Positions 1-9,259 of a stretch of 64,000 nucleotides of DNA are shown here, in pieces; position 1 is the first letter of the stretch, and every line of letters starts with the position of its first letter. This stretch comes from Acidilobaceae archaeon (GTDB lineage: Archaea; Thermoproteota; Thermoprotei_A; Sulfolobales; Acidilobaceae): NCBI GenBank assembly GCA_038824665.1, contig JAWBBK010000001.1, positions 389,844-453,843 of the forward strand, given 5' to 3'. The notes under the pieces were generated by a model that ran no database searches, had not been told where the DNA came from, and worked only from the letters and a program-made list of their open reading frames with translations. Position numbers and translations under genes: made by a program.

Positions 1-1653
1 CGTATAACTAATGATGGTATCTTTCATGTTGAAGAGCCTTATAAAATTCTACCCGGCTCGCCATCTCCTACCTACAAGAAACTGTATCTCCAAGCTTCTG
101 AGAAAGTAAGCAAAGTAGTAAACTTCTTTCAATACCTAGGCGTTGAACCACAAACAGAGAAGGGGTTAGTGATAGAGGTCAAAGGTTGGGAAGAGACATT
201 CGATAAGGTTCTCAAGAACTATGCAGAACTCGAAACGTTTTTTGAGGATAAGATATCCAAGATCGTAGATGTTGAGACAAAGGCTGACGAGATAAGGTTA
301 AGAGAAGAGCTAAAGTCTAGACTGACAGAGTTAGTTCGATACTACACATACTTGATGACGTTTAGAGAAGTGTTCAGAGCATTTTCATCTGGCTTAGAAT
401 CCTCTAGTATGTTCTTCATAGAAGGTTATGTAGATGAAAACGACTTTGAAAAGCTTAAGAAAGCACTAGATGAGGAAGCAGGCCAATCTTACATGCTTGT
501 AGACATGGGTATCGTTAAAGGTAAGGCCGGAACTCCAACTAAAGTAACCTTTCCACCTATCGTAAGCTCCTTCCACAAGATAACGCAAATGTATGGTGAA
601 CCTGAGTCTCAAGAGATAGTGCCTACTCTTTTCTTGACTGTGACCTTCCCGGTAGTTTTCGCTTTGATGTTTCCTGATGCTGGCCACGGACTCGTCCTGG
701 CGCTTTTCGGGCTCCTCTACTTTGGTAAGAAGAACCCGGCATGGCGTGACATCTTAGTCGTTCTAGGAGTTGCGGCTATAGTGACTGGACTCTTGTCTGG
801 AGAGTTCTTCGGTCCTCTTGGAGGTCATCTGCTTGATAAGATCTTCTTCGGAAGGATTGGTCACTTACCCCCTCTAGCCTTACCTACATACGCTATAGAG
901 AAAGGGCTAAGCGGAGCTGTTGAAGAACTCCTCTTTAGAGCCGTAACTGTATGCTTGTGGGTTGGAGCGTTCATGCTGTCTTTCGGAACTCTCTTAGGAG
1001 CGCTCAACGCTTGGGTGAGAGGGGATACTGAAGAATTAATAGCAATGAGGTTACCTAGGTTCTTATTCTTCGCCTCTATAGCCTTACCTTTCTTAACGAG
1101 CACCAACGTATCTGACGCTACTTCTACTCTCAGCAAAGCCTTCTTCGAAATGGGAGGAGGGGAAATCAAAGCGACTCTCATTCTAGTAGGAGTGTCGATA
1201 GGGTTGCTGTGGATGCTCTTAGGAGAACCTATCTTCGCCTTAAAGCATGGATATGGAGTCGGCTCTGCTTTCATATCGTCGTTCATGGAAGCATTTGACT
1301 CAATACTTATGGCTTTAGGCAACATACCGAGCTTCCTCAGAATATTGGCTTTAGCTTTAGCACACTCGAGCATTATGCTTGGCTTCTATTATATATACCA
1401 CGAGATGGCCCACAAGGGGATAGCGGGCTTAATGATAGGCTTGGTCCTCTATGCCTTCGGTAACGCTATAGCTATAGCCATAGAGGCGATCATAGCCTTC
1501 GCTCAAACTATGAGGCTACACTTCTATGAGTGGTTCTCTAAGTTCTATAGAGGTACGGGAATACCTTTCACGCCGATCACGTTACCTGAAGGCGTTAAAG
1601 TAATTCTAGCGTCTCCTCAACCTTCGGAAATCCAACAAAAAAGTCTTTCGTAA
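1..1653 (+). CDS. atpI: A/V-type ATP synthase subunit I (a); 5' end lies outside the window
   Basis: Frame is open from base 1. Motifs PTK...FHKITQMYGEP, FALMFPDAGHG, SFLRILALALAH, RLHFYEWFSKFY; multiple TM helices. Confidence 0.93.
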   Translation, partial: RITNDGIFHVEEPYKILPGSPSPTYKKLYLQASEKVSKVVNFFQYLGVEPQTEKGLVIEVKGWEETFDKVLKNYAELETFFEDKISKIVDVETKADEIRLREELKSRLTELVRYYTYLMTFREVFRAFSSGLESSSMFFIEGYVDENDFEKLKKALDEEAGQSYMLVDMGIVKGKAGTPTKVTFPPIVSSFHKITQMYGEPESQEIVPTLFLTVTFPVVFALMFPDAGHGLVLALFGLLYFGKKNPAWRDILVVLGVAAIVTGLLSGEFFGPLGGHLLDKIFFGRIGHLPPLALPTYAIEKGLSGAVEELLFRAVTVCLWVGAFMLSFGTLLGALNAWVRGDTEELIAMRLPRFLFFASIALPFLTSTNVSDATSTLSKAFFEMGGGEIKATLILVGVSIGLLWMLLGEPIFALKHGYGVGSAFISSFMEAFDSILMALGNIPSFLRILALALAHSSIMLGFYYIYHEMAHKGIAGLMIGLVLYAFGNAIAIAIEAIIAFAQTMRLHFYEWFSKFYRGTGIPFTPITLPEGVKVILASPQPSEIQQKSLS

Positions 1654-2483
1654 TTAGAACAGACCTCTCTCCTACTATAACTTCTTTTAGTCCATATGCT
1701 CGATAGTTTTTTCTTGACCCTCATCTCTAAGATCCATGATTCTGTTCCGCTGAGAGGAGCTGGGATGATTATACTCGAAGGCTCGTCAGATAGGCCTTTT
1801 GAGGCTATCAGCTTGATAGGTGAATCAAAAAGAAGAACCTTTCCTGTATCTCTGCCTGCAGCTACTACGAGGATAACTGGAGTCTCGTAAGCTATAAGCC
1901 TTATCCCAAGAGTTTCGCTGAGTTCTCTTTCATACTTTAAAAGATTCTCCATAGCTGACGATGGTCTGATCATCTCTCCCTCATCGCTTATATCGAGTAA
2001 GACCAGAGTGTGTGCATCTATGCAGAGGTTTCCATAAACTGTGAGCAAAACCGACGAGAAACCCGCTCCTCTCCAAGGACCAGGAGCCGTCACAGTCCTC
2101 CCGAACCTGTAATAGGAGAGTCCGGAAAACGTCTTGGCTGTAGTCACGCCCGACACTCCTGGCACGTATCTGACCTCTATCCCTCGACTCTGAGCTTCAG
2201 CTAGCAGAGCTTGATGAGCTGTAGCTACGAGAGGGTCTCCGGGAGATAGAATGACTATGGTTTTCTCTCTAGCTTCTTCAATTATTTTTGAACTCTCATC
2301 TTCTAACGTCTTTCGAGACGCTATCTCAGATCTCTCGTTATGTCTAAGAGCTAACTCGTAGACCCAATGAGATTTCGGAGAAGTGTATGTGTCTACATAG
2401 ACTTTGTCCGCCTGTTTAAGAAGCTGTATAACCTCAGAAGTGATGCCATGAGGGCTAAGCCCCGCTCCAGCTAGCACTAGCAC
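1617..2483 (-). CDS. dph5: Diphthine synthase (tetrapyrrole methylase family)
   Basis: GAGLS, VYVDTYTS, PGDPLVATAH, SGLSYYRFGRTVT, HTLVLLDI motifs. Confidence 0.88.
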   Translation of the reverse strand: MLVLAGAGLSPHGITSEVIQLLKQADKVYVDTYTSPKSHWVYELALRHNERSEIASRKTLEDESSKIIEEAREKTIVILSPGDPLVATAHQALLAEAQSRGIEVRYVPGVSGVTTAKTFSGLSYYRFGRTVTAPGPWRGAGFSSVLLTVYGNLCIDAHTLVLLDISDEGEMIRPSSAMENLLKYERELSETLGIRLIAYETPVILVVAAGRDTGKVLLFDSPIKLIASKGLSDEPSSIIIPAPLSGTESWILEMRVKKKLSSIWTKRSYSRREVCSNYERLFCWISEG

Positions 2484-2542
2484 CTTCTCATCCTAACTGT
2501 TTGCGGAGATGAGAAGAGAAAACCTTTGTCGCTTTTACCTCT

Positions 2543-2713
2543 TTACTGCAATACTTTAAGCTTTTTGGTAACGACAGGTTCGGATATGTCTCGAGATATA
2601 TAGAGTTTGAGAGCTCTTCTTATTATCTCGCTTTTACTCATATTCTTTTTCTTTGAGTACTCTTCTAGCAGAAACAGGAGGTCCTCATCTGCTTTAAAGC
2701 TTACCACTCTCAT
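2543..2713 (-). CDS. Small ribbon-helix-helix transcription factor, aCcr1/CopG-like (56 aa)
   Basis: MRVVSFKADEDLL...SKSEIIRRAL RHH pattern; ATG at 2713 is preceded by a GGGGGA SD-like sequence. Confidence 0.8.
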   Translation of the reverse strand: MRVVSFKADEDLLFLLEEYSKKKNMSKSEIIRRALKLYISRDISEPVVTKKLKVLQ

Positions 2714-2866
2714 TGGTAATCCCCCGCTTCGCCTTAACATACAAAACTGCTAGAGATTTTCAGTATGAGCAGTACATGAGAATATAGATTCCTTTTCAAT
2801 AAGGAATACACAGAGCGAATCGATATATAAGCTTCTACTAGTACACTCGTATAAGGAGGTATACAT

Positions 2867-3235
2867 ATGCCAACTGTACATCTTGCCCTGCCAGAGATTT
2901 TGTACAACGAGCTTAAAAAGAGAGCCAGCGATATGGGGATCCAGATTACTGACCTAATCAAACTATATATCAGACTAGGACTTGACGGAGCTCTAAGTCA
3001 GCCTCCGAAGGTTGAAGATGAGGTCCTCACTTCTCTTTCGCTAAAAGTTGACAAACTTGAGAAAGAGTTCAAACTCAAGTCTACAATGTTGGAAGGCAAG
3101 ATCAGAGAGTTCGAAGAAACCATTAAGTTCGTGATCGAGAGATTAGAGTCTCTAGAAGAAGCCGTAGTTACAGGAAGATATGGAGGGATCGTTCAGAAAA
3201 GGATTCCTCAATCACATCTTAGATCTGAGACTTAG
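2867..3235 (+). CDS. RHH-domain protein with C-terminal coiled coil
   Basis: PTVHLALPEILYNELKKRA...ITDLIKLYI RHH pattern followed by heptad-rich region; GGAGGT SD upstream. Confidence 0.72.
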   Translation: MPTVHLALPEILYNELKKRASDMGIQITDLIKLYIRLGLDGALSQPPKVEDEVLTSLSLKVDKLEKEFKLKSTMLEGKIREFEETIKFVIERLESLEEAVVTGRYGGIVQKRIPQSHLRSET

Positions 3236-4483
3236 CAAAACCTCTTTTGCCTTCTCTAGGCTTATCACACCAGATTTTAGCATCTCTTCGACAACTAGGT
3301 CGACCTCTTGAGCGGAGGCTCCAGCCGCGAGAGCTAACTGTCTAGCGTGGAGCTTCATATGACCTTTTTGAATTCCTTCAGTTACCAAAGCTCTGAGAGC
3401 AGCTAGGTTTTGTACTAGACCGACTGCTGCCATAACTTCAGCTAGCTCTCTAGACGTTTTGACATTAAGTATTTTGAGAGCAAGTCTCGCTATAGGATTC
3501 GATCTTATTGAGCCACCGACTGTGCCTACAGCTAGAGGGAGTTCTATATAGCCCACCAGGTCTCCTCTGTCGTCTCTTTCCCACACAGTGAGAGGCTCGT
3601 ATCTCCCTCTCCTAGCCGCATAGGCATGAGCTCCTGCCTCTACAGCTCTAGTGTCTTGTCCTGTAGCTAAAGCTACCGCTACTATCCCGTTCATTATTCC
3701 TTTGTTATGTGTTGCCGCTCTATACGGGTCTGCAGCAGCTAAAGCCCAAGCGTATACTATACCTTCTACCACGTCGTCACCGCCTATCACATCTTTAGGC
3801 ACTCGGGTCCATGCTCTAACTATCCTTCTATCCGCCAAGTTTGATACTATTCGAAGAAGTACTTTGCCTCCACTGACTTCTTCTATTATAGGAGCTACCT
3901 TTTCAACCATAGTGTTTACTATATTAGCGCCCATAGCGTCTCTGACGTCTACCAGCAGATGAACTACTACCATTTTGCCTAAAGGACTCTCGAGAACTCT
4001 AACCTCAAGGTCTTTAGCTCCTCCTCCTATCTTAACCAAAAACTCGTTGGTTGAGTTAGCGGCATCGAGTATCTCCTGTTTTCTTTCTAAGATCTTCATA
4101 GCGGCAGAGTAAGGAGAAGAGACTTTGACAACCTGTATTTGACCGATCATTATGGGATCTGAAGCTCTAGCCCAAACGCCTCCTCCCTCACGACACCATC
4201 TAGCTGCATTTGAAGCTGCCGCTACGACTGAAGGTTCCTCTGTAACCATAGGTATCAGATAGTCTTTCTCGTTGATAAGGAAGTTTACAGCTATAGCGAA
4301 AGGCAGTTCGAACGTACCAACTACGTTTTCTATCATTTTGTCAGCTAGCTCAAGAGTGAGCCTACCGGTTCTCTTAAGTAGCTCTACCTCTTCTTCTGTC
4401 AGGTTTGCGAACTCCTTTACGATCTTTATCCTCTCTTCTAAAGGTAGCTTGTAGAAACCCTGTATTCTCGAAGTCTTGCTCAA
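3212..4483 (-). CDS. mvaA: Class II (degradative-type) HMG-CoA reductase
   Basis: SRIQGFYKL, ENVVG, EEPSVVAA, DAMGAN, THNKGIMNG, GIQKGHMKLH. Likely start is TTG at 4483; the ORF-track extension overlaps the next gene. Confidence 0.92.
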   Translation of the reverse strand: MSKTSRIQGFYKLPLEERIKIVKEFANLTEEEVELLKRTGRLTLELADKMIENVVGTFELPFAIAVNFLINEKDYLIPMVTEEPSVVAAASNAARWCREGGGVWARASDPIMIGQIQVVKVSSPYSAAMKILERKQEILDAANSTNEFLVKIGGGAKDLEVRVLESPLGKMVVVHLLVDVRDAMGANIVNTMVEKVAPIIEEVSGGKVLLRIVSNLADRRIVRAWTRVPKDVIGGDDVVEGIVYAWALAAADPYRAATHNKGIMNGIVAVALATGQDTRAVEAGAHAYAARRGRYEPLTVWERDDRGDLVGYIELPLAVGTVGGSIRSNPIARLALKILNVKTSRELAEVMAAVGLVQNLAALRALVTEGIQKGHMKLHARQLALAAGASAQEVDLVVEEMLKSGVISLEKAKEVLLSLRSKM

Positions 4484-4556
4484 AGAGAACACCGACGAAC
4501 CTAGAGAAGCGGGAAGTTTAAAGGCTGAGGTCAAATCTTGAGGGAAGGCTGAGACA

Positions 4557-4814
4557 GTGGGCGAAGAAAGCGAGAGCCTAGTCGTTTTGGTAGGAAACAA
4601 AGCTATAGAAATAGATGAGAAAATAGTCGAGATCTTGAGGAAATACAAGAGGACACAGATGACCCTAGAAGAACTTGCGTCTGCTTTAGGTTTAGAGAGC
4701 TGGGAGGAGGCTTACGAGTTCATAAAAAAGGTCCCTGCTTGGGTCATGGACGTAGAGCCTTCTCTGTGGAAGACTATGTATAAGAGGTATCTCGAAAACA
4801 AAAAACAAAAGTGA
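4557..4814 (+). CDS. Small conserved hypothetical protein with HTH-like segment
   Basis: MTLEELASALGLESWEEAYEF HTH-like segment; divergent from mvaA. Confidence 0.6.
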   Translation: MGEESESLVVLVGNKAIEIDEKIVEILRKYKRTQMTLEELASALGLESWEEAYEFIKKVPAWVMDVEPSLWKTMYKRYLENKKQK

Positions 4815-4865
4815 TCGCCGTTGCGACAATGACTCTATTAGGCTCCGTCAACACTTAAACGCAAG

Positions 4866-5510
4866 GTGCGAGCAGAGACTGTGGAAGAGTCTTCAGAAGA
4901 CGATAGTAGTTCGAAGATAGTTGTGCGAGAAGATTCACATTTAGCCTTTAAGATCTTGGCCAAAGGCTTCGGACCATATCATTTCAGCTTTATCAAAAGT
5001 AGCGCAAACTATGGAGCTAGAGTCTTGCTAGCTCTAGCTGAAGATATACCAGCAGGAGCGGTCATCGGGTTTACGGCTTTCGATATGGGCGTCGTCTACT
5101 ACATATATGTAGAAGAACGCTTTAGAGGCTTGGGAGTCGGAAAGACCTTAATCCTATCGTTAGAGGAGATATTTGAAAGCATGGGAACAAAGGTGTTCGT
5201 GGCTTCTACCGTTTTCTCCAACAAGACCAGCATGAGGCTTTTTGAAAGCTTAGGCTATGAGCTGATCCCTATTGAACTCCTAGAAGAGAAGAGTCCTGTT
5301 GTAGCCGAGAAGATAAAGAAAGTAGCCTGCATGGAAGACGACGATGTGCTAATGGTAAAACCGTCACTACAAGAGCTTCAACGAAGCCTTCTCAAAGTCA
5401 ACTCGAAAGACGTAGTTAAGATGTGGATTGCTCAATGCTACAAGCCCTGGATAAGCTACTTTTCAAATAGTCTGAAAGGCTTAGAAAGCCCATCGATAAA
5501 ACTTGTATAA
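4866..5510 (+). CDS. GNAT family N-acetyltransferase
   Basis: IYVEERFRGLGVGKTL acetyl-CoA motif A; NKTSMRLFESLGY. Confidence 0.85.
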   Translation: MRAETVEESSEDDSSSKIVVREDSHLAFKILAKGFGPYHFSFIKSSANYGARVLLALAEDIPAGAVIGFTAFDMGVVYYIYVEERFRGLGVGKTLILSLEEIFESMGTKVFVASTVFSNKTSMRLFESLGYELIPIELLEEKSPVVAEKIKKVACMEDDDVLMVKPSLQELQRSLLKVNSKDVVKMWIAQCYKPWISYFSNSLKGLESPSIKLV

Positions 5511-5569
5511 GATATAAAGGAGCAGATGTAGCTCTGCGACCTAGAACGCCTCGAGATGGGGTGGTAAAT

Positions 5570-5785
5570 GTGCCTCTAGAAGTGACCGACTTGGCTAGGT
5601 TTATAGAGATAACTGAGAAGGCTTTAGAGTGTAGAATAAAGCGCGTTAGAAAGAGCGATATAGTCAAAATAAAAGCTAGAACAAAAAGATACCTCTATAC
5701 CTATAAGACCACAGAAAAAGAGCTAGAGTCCGTTCTCAAACAACTCCATTGTAAAAACGTCGTGGACATAGATAAAACCAAATAG
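5570..5785 (+). CDS. rpl38e: 50S ribosomal protein L38e
   Basis: MPLEVTDLARF...VKIKARTKRYLYTYK; GTG at 5570 follows GGGGTGG. Confidence 0.85.
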   Translation: MPLEVTDLARFIEITEKALECRIKRVRKSDIVKIKARTKRYLYTYKTTEKELESVLKQLHCKNVVDIDKTK

Positions 5786-5788
5786 AGA

Positions 5789-7051
5789 TCATATCTCGAT
5801 CTTTTCGCCAACTCCAGGGATCAGAGTCTTCACGTCGAGTTCGTTTTCTATTTTCTTAGCTAACACTTCCTGAGCTGAAGGAGTTCCATGAACAAGCACC
5901 ACTTTCTCTAAGTTCTTGAAAGACCTCAGCGTGTTCAAGATGCCCTGCTGGTCTACATGACTTGACAAATCGAACCAGTATACTCTAGCTCTTACAGGTC
6001 TTTCCTCAGAGAGAACGAATCCAGTTTCAAGCATTTGTCTACCAGGCGTGCCTCTGCCCTGATAGCTTACAAGTATCACAGCATTGTTTGGATTTTCTCC
6101 TAGCTTTTTGAGATAATGTAGACTAGGTCCTCCTTTCAGCATTCCTGAGCTAGCTATTATCGCTCCTGGTTCTCTCAACGCTCTACGTCTATCCTGCCAT
6201 CCTCTAACTATATTGAAATCCACCATAGACTTAGCTATGAGCCCCTCCATCCTTACGTAGCCCTTATGCTTTAAATATATCTCAGCGACATCTCTTATCA
6301 TCCCGTCAACCCAGATGGGGAAGCTAGGGTCTTTCTCAGCTAAAACGCACATAACCTCTTGACCTCTACTTACGCTGAAAGCAGGTATCAGAGCTATTCC
6401 TCCGCTCTCCACGATCTCTCTTATTGTTTCATAAAGTCTCTCTTCAGTCTTTCTGCGAGAAGGATGAAGAGTTGCCCCATAAGTCGATTCTATAATTACT
6501 ACTTCCGGATCCACACCGCTGAAGTCCGCTGGACCTACGAGTTTCGTTTCAAGAACGTTCATATCGCTTGTGTACAAGATCCTCTTCCCATCGACTTCTA
6601 TGTATACGGATGCTGAACCAGGAATATGGCCAGAGTAGAGAAGCTTAAACAAGAAGTCCTCTATCTCCACCTCTTTTCCATAAGTGAGAGGTTCCGCTAC
6701 AGAGAGCATCTCGTTTACCGTGGTCTGGTCAAACATCAGCTTGTCTCCAGACAACTTAATCATATCGTTATAGAGTATCCTAGAGACGTCTAAAGTGAGC
6801 GGAGTAGCGAAGAGTCTAGGCTTTACGCTAACGTACAACAAAGGAGCAGCTCCTACATGGTCTAGATGGCTATGAGTCAATACAATGCCAGCTAGATCAG
6901 CTGGTCTTATATGTTCGGGAAACACAGGCTCGTCGTTTTCTGTGAAGTTAACTCCATAGTCAAACAAAAACGCTCTTCCGCTTTTGCTTCTGATAGCTAT
7001 AGCTGCTCTACCGACCTCTCTCCCGCTACCTAATACCTCGACAGTAACCAC
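5789..7051 (-). CDS. MBL-fold beta-CASP ribonuclease (aCPSF2-like)
   Basis: GSGREVGR, THSHLDHVG, GHIPGS, IESTYG, PAFSVSRGQE, SSHVD, VHG. Confidence 0.9.
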   Translation of the reverse strand: MVTVEVLGSGREVGRAAIAIRSKSGRAFLFDYGVNFTENDEPVFPEHIRPADLAGIVLTHSHLDHVGAAPLLYVSVKPRLFATPLTLDVSRILYNDMIKLSGDKLMFDQTTVNEMLSVAEPLTYGKEVEIEDFLFKLLYSGHIPGSASVYIEVDGKRILYTSDMNVLETKLVGPADFSGVDPEVVIIESTYGATLHPSRRKTEERLYETIREIVESGGIALIPAFSVSRGQEVMCVLAEKDPSFPIWVDGMIRDVAEIYLKHKGYVRMEGLIAKSMVDFNIVRGWQDRRRALREPGAIIASSGMLKGGPSLHYLKKLGENPNNAVILVSYQGRGTPGRQMLETGFVLSEERPVRARVYWFDLSSHVDQQGILNTLRSFKNLEKVVLVHGTPSAQEVLAKKIENELDVKTLIPGVGEKIEI

Positions 7052-7119
7052 CTGTCTTCCCCAAAAGTGTCAAAACCTTAGTCAGAGTTTTAAATTCCGG
7101 TGCAAAAGAAGAACGAGGA

Positions 7120-7191
7120 GCCGCCGTAGCTCAGCGGGAGAGCGCCCGGCTGAAGACCGGGGGGTCGGGGGTTCGAATCCCCCCGGCGGCA
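7120..7191 (+). tRNA. tRNA-Phe (GAA), intronless, CCA not encoded
   Basis: Acceptor stem GCCGCCG/CGGCGGC; D arm TAGCTCAG..GGGAGAGC; anticodon arm CCCGG-CTGAAGA-CCGGG; T loop GTTCGAATC; TTTAAA upstream. Confidence 0.97.
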
Positions 7192-7198
7192 CTACACG

Positions 7199-7471
7199 TT
7201 AAACTTTTTCAAGGATCTCCAGGACTTCCTTGAGAGTTCCTACTTTAGGGTTCCTGAAGTTCAGCTCGTATATCCTAAGCCTACCGTATCGTCTCTCTTC
7301 GATCAGTCCAACGTTCTTGAGTTCTTCGATATGTCTTATCACTAGCTCATAACGCAATCCGGTTTCTCGCACTATTTTGGTTATATTTGCCTGACCTTTC
7401 TTGATGAGAAGCTTAAGTATCTTGAGCTTGCCCTTAGAGGATATCACGTCTTCTAGCTTCACTGATTCCAC
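7199..7471 (-). CDS. ArsR-like winged-helix protein, overlapping the cdc6 3' end
   Basis: KLKILKLL...NITKIVRETGL...HIEELKNVGLIEERRYGRLRIY. Confidence 0.8.
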   Translation of the reverse strand: MESVKLEDVISSKGKLKILKLLIKKGQANITKIVRETGLRYELVIRHIEELKNVGLIEERRYGRLRIYELNFRNPKVGTLKEVLEILEKV

Positions 7472-8678
7472 CGAGCCTATCGAGAAGTATGGAGTCTAAA
7501 GTCTCAATCACTCTATCGGGAGGTAGGTGTGCTGATAACCTTATCAGAGAAGTTCTTCCTCTCATCCCTTTGCTCGAAGGTTTTACCTCGATTAGACCAG
7601 CGATGCCTAAGCTTTTGAGATATGTATGAAACTGAGTGTGGCCTCTGGGAGTTTCTCCATATCTCTGACAGACGTCTTCGTAGTACTTCTTGACTTCTCC
7701 AGTTGTGGCCCATCCGCCTTTTGTCATAACGGCTTGAGCTATTGAATGTAATAAGAGGAGTTCGTGAGTGCTGAGGCTTCTCAGCTCTGAAATAGATAAG
7801 GTAGATAGGACTTGTTCCGATAGAGCTTTTCTCACATGAGTCTCCGCTATAGCTCCTACTTCCTCAGCTTCTGCTAGTTCTGCAGCCATTCTTAAAGTCA
7901 TTATAGCTCTTCTGGCGCTTCCGTCTCCTCCTTTATCGTCGCCAAAGTGCTCGCTTATGAGATCAAGATGGTACTCCTCCCATACTCCGGGTTGAAGTCC
8001 TTCTTCAGCTCTCTGAAGTAATATTGTCTTCAGCTCTCCTGCTGTGTAAGGCTTGAGGTGCATTCTAAACCCTATCTGACTCTCTACCTGAGGAATCCTT
8101 TCTCTCAAGTAGGAAAGAACTCTATGATCTGAAGCTACTAGTAGATAAGCTATTCTGCTGAGTCCGTCTTTGCTCGGCATCTCCTCGTAGACTCTCATAA
8201 GCAGATAGAGGTCGTCTTCGCTCATCTTGGGACTGAGCAGAAGACTCTGAAACTCGTCGATCACTACTAGAAGGGTCTTGTCTCTGATATAAAGATGATC
8301 GACTATAGCTTTGAGAACCTCAACGGCTGAGCTTCCGCGAACGCTGATCGAGAGTCCTAGCTGATCCACCATTATTTGCAGTATCTGATGTAAGGCAGGA
8401 GCTCCGAAAGCGTTCACGTAGACGAACTTTACATTTACTCCTCTAGTTCTAAGCGCTTCTTCGACTTTCTTTCCAACATACCAAGCAAGCGTAGTCTTAC
8501 CTATACCTACTCTCCCTATGCTACCATAGATTAAGCTCACATCTGAAGAGCCTGAGACCTCAGAGAGCTTCGAGATGTACCTTCTGAGCAGAAGTTCAGC
8601 CTCTGAGTTTCTCACCATAAGCTTAAGAGGTTTATAAGACTCTTCAAAAACCATCCTGTCTCTGAAAATCCTACTCAC
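7434..8678 (-). CDS. cdc6: Orc1/Cdc6 replication initiator, Aeropyrum ORC2 / Orc1-2 type
   Basis: IYGSIGRVGIGKTT Walker A, VIDEFQ Walker B, GDGSARRAI, C-terminal WH with KGMRGRT. Confidence 0.92.
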   Translation of the reverse strand: MSRIFRDRMVFEESYKPLKLMVRNSEAELLLRRYISKLSEVSGSSDVSLIYGSIGRVGIGKTTLAWYVGKKVEEALRTRGVNVKFVYVNAFGAPALHQILQIMVDQLGLSISVRGSSAVEVLKAIVDHLYIRDKTLLVVIDEFQSLLLSPKMSEDDLYLLMRVYEEMPSKDGLSRIAYLLVASDHRVLSYLRERIPQVESQIGFRMHLKPYTAGELKTILLQRAEEGLQPGVWEEYHLDLISEHFGDDKGGDGSARRAIMTLRMAAELAEAEEVGAIAETHVRKALSEQVLSTLSISELRSLSTHELLLLHSIAQAVMTKGGWATTGEVKKYYEDVCQRYGETPRGHTQFHTYLKSLGIAGLIEVKPSSKGMRGRTSLIRLSAHLPPDRVIETLDSILLDRLGGISEARRRDIL

Positions 8679-8719
8679 TTGCGCACACCTACTGTACCGA
8701 GTTCCAGAGCAAATCGAAA

Positions 8720-9259
8720 CTAAAAAATTGACTCAAACAAAGGAGCTATGAGAACACATCTTAGCCCACACGATAGAGTATTACCTAAGGAAATGATGAA
8801 GAGATGGTCAATGGATTCTAAAGCTAATGCCTGTTTGGAACTAGGAGTCGAGAACACATTTAGAGATCTCAGTAGCTCGAATATGTCTTCTCTTGAGATC
8901 ACACTTTCTCCTTCTCCTCTGGTCTTATAGAAGAGCCTCAGAGATCTAGCTCCTGTAGACTCAACCAGCTCTTTGATCACGCTTAGGACAGTTGTTTTCG
9001 AAGAGCTATAGAGAGCTTTTGACGCTAACACCACTCTGGTCGCAGAGTGCGTTCTATACTTAAGTATAGACTCCGTTATCTCTCTCGGCTTAGCGCTTGA
9101 AAACAATAGATAAACTCCTCTAAATCTCGTTGGCTCTACTCTAGACGAAGTGTCTACAGCTATAAGAGAGTCGTAAAGTTCCTCAAAAAGCCACACATCT
9201 CGACCTGGCTTAGAGACAGCTACGCCTTTGAGCTGGGACAGTGCTCTCTCACAGGACAT
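8720..9259 (-). CDS. Hypothetical protein, possibly a degenerate THUMP-like RNA-binding protein
   Basis: Co-oriented ORF overlapping nth; TRFRGV and KTRG segments are weakly THUMP-like. Confidence 0.5.
   Translation of the reverse strand: MSCERALSQLKGVAVSKPGRDVWLFEELYDSLIAVDTSSRVEPTRFRGVYLLFSSAKPREITESILKYRTHSATRVVLASKALYSSSKTTVLSVIKELVESTGARSLRLFYKTRGEGESVISREDIFELLRSLNVFSTPSSKQALALESIDHLFIISLGNTLSCGLRCVLIAPLFESIF

Noticed and set aside
6984-7202. 72-aa ORF across the tRNA
   Set aside because: It reads through tRNA-Phe and the CPSF start; spurious
7120-8678. tRNA next to cdc6 as an integrated element or replication origin
   Set aside because: No integrase, no att duplication, and no AT-rich unwinding element with paired ORBs
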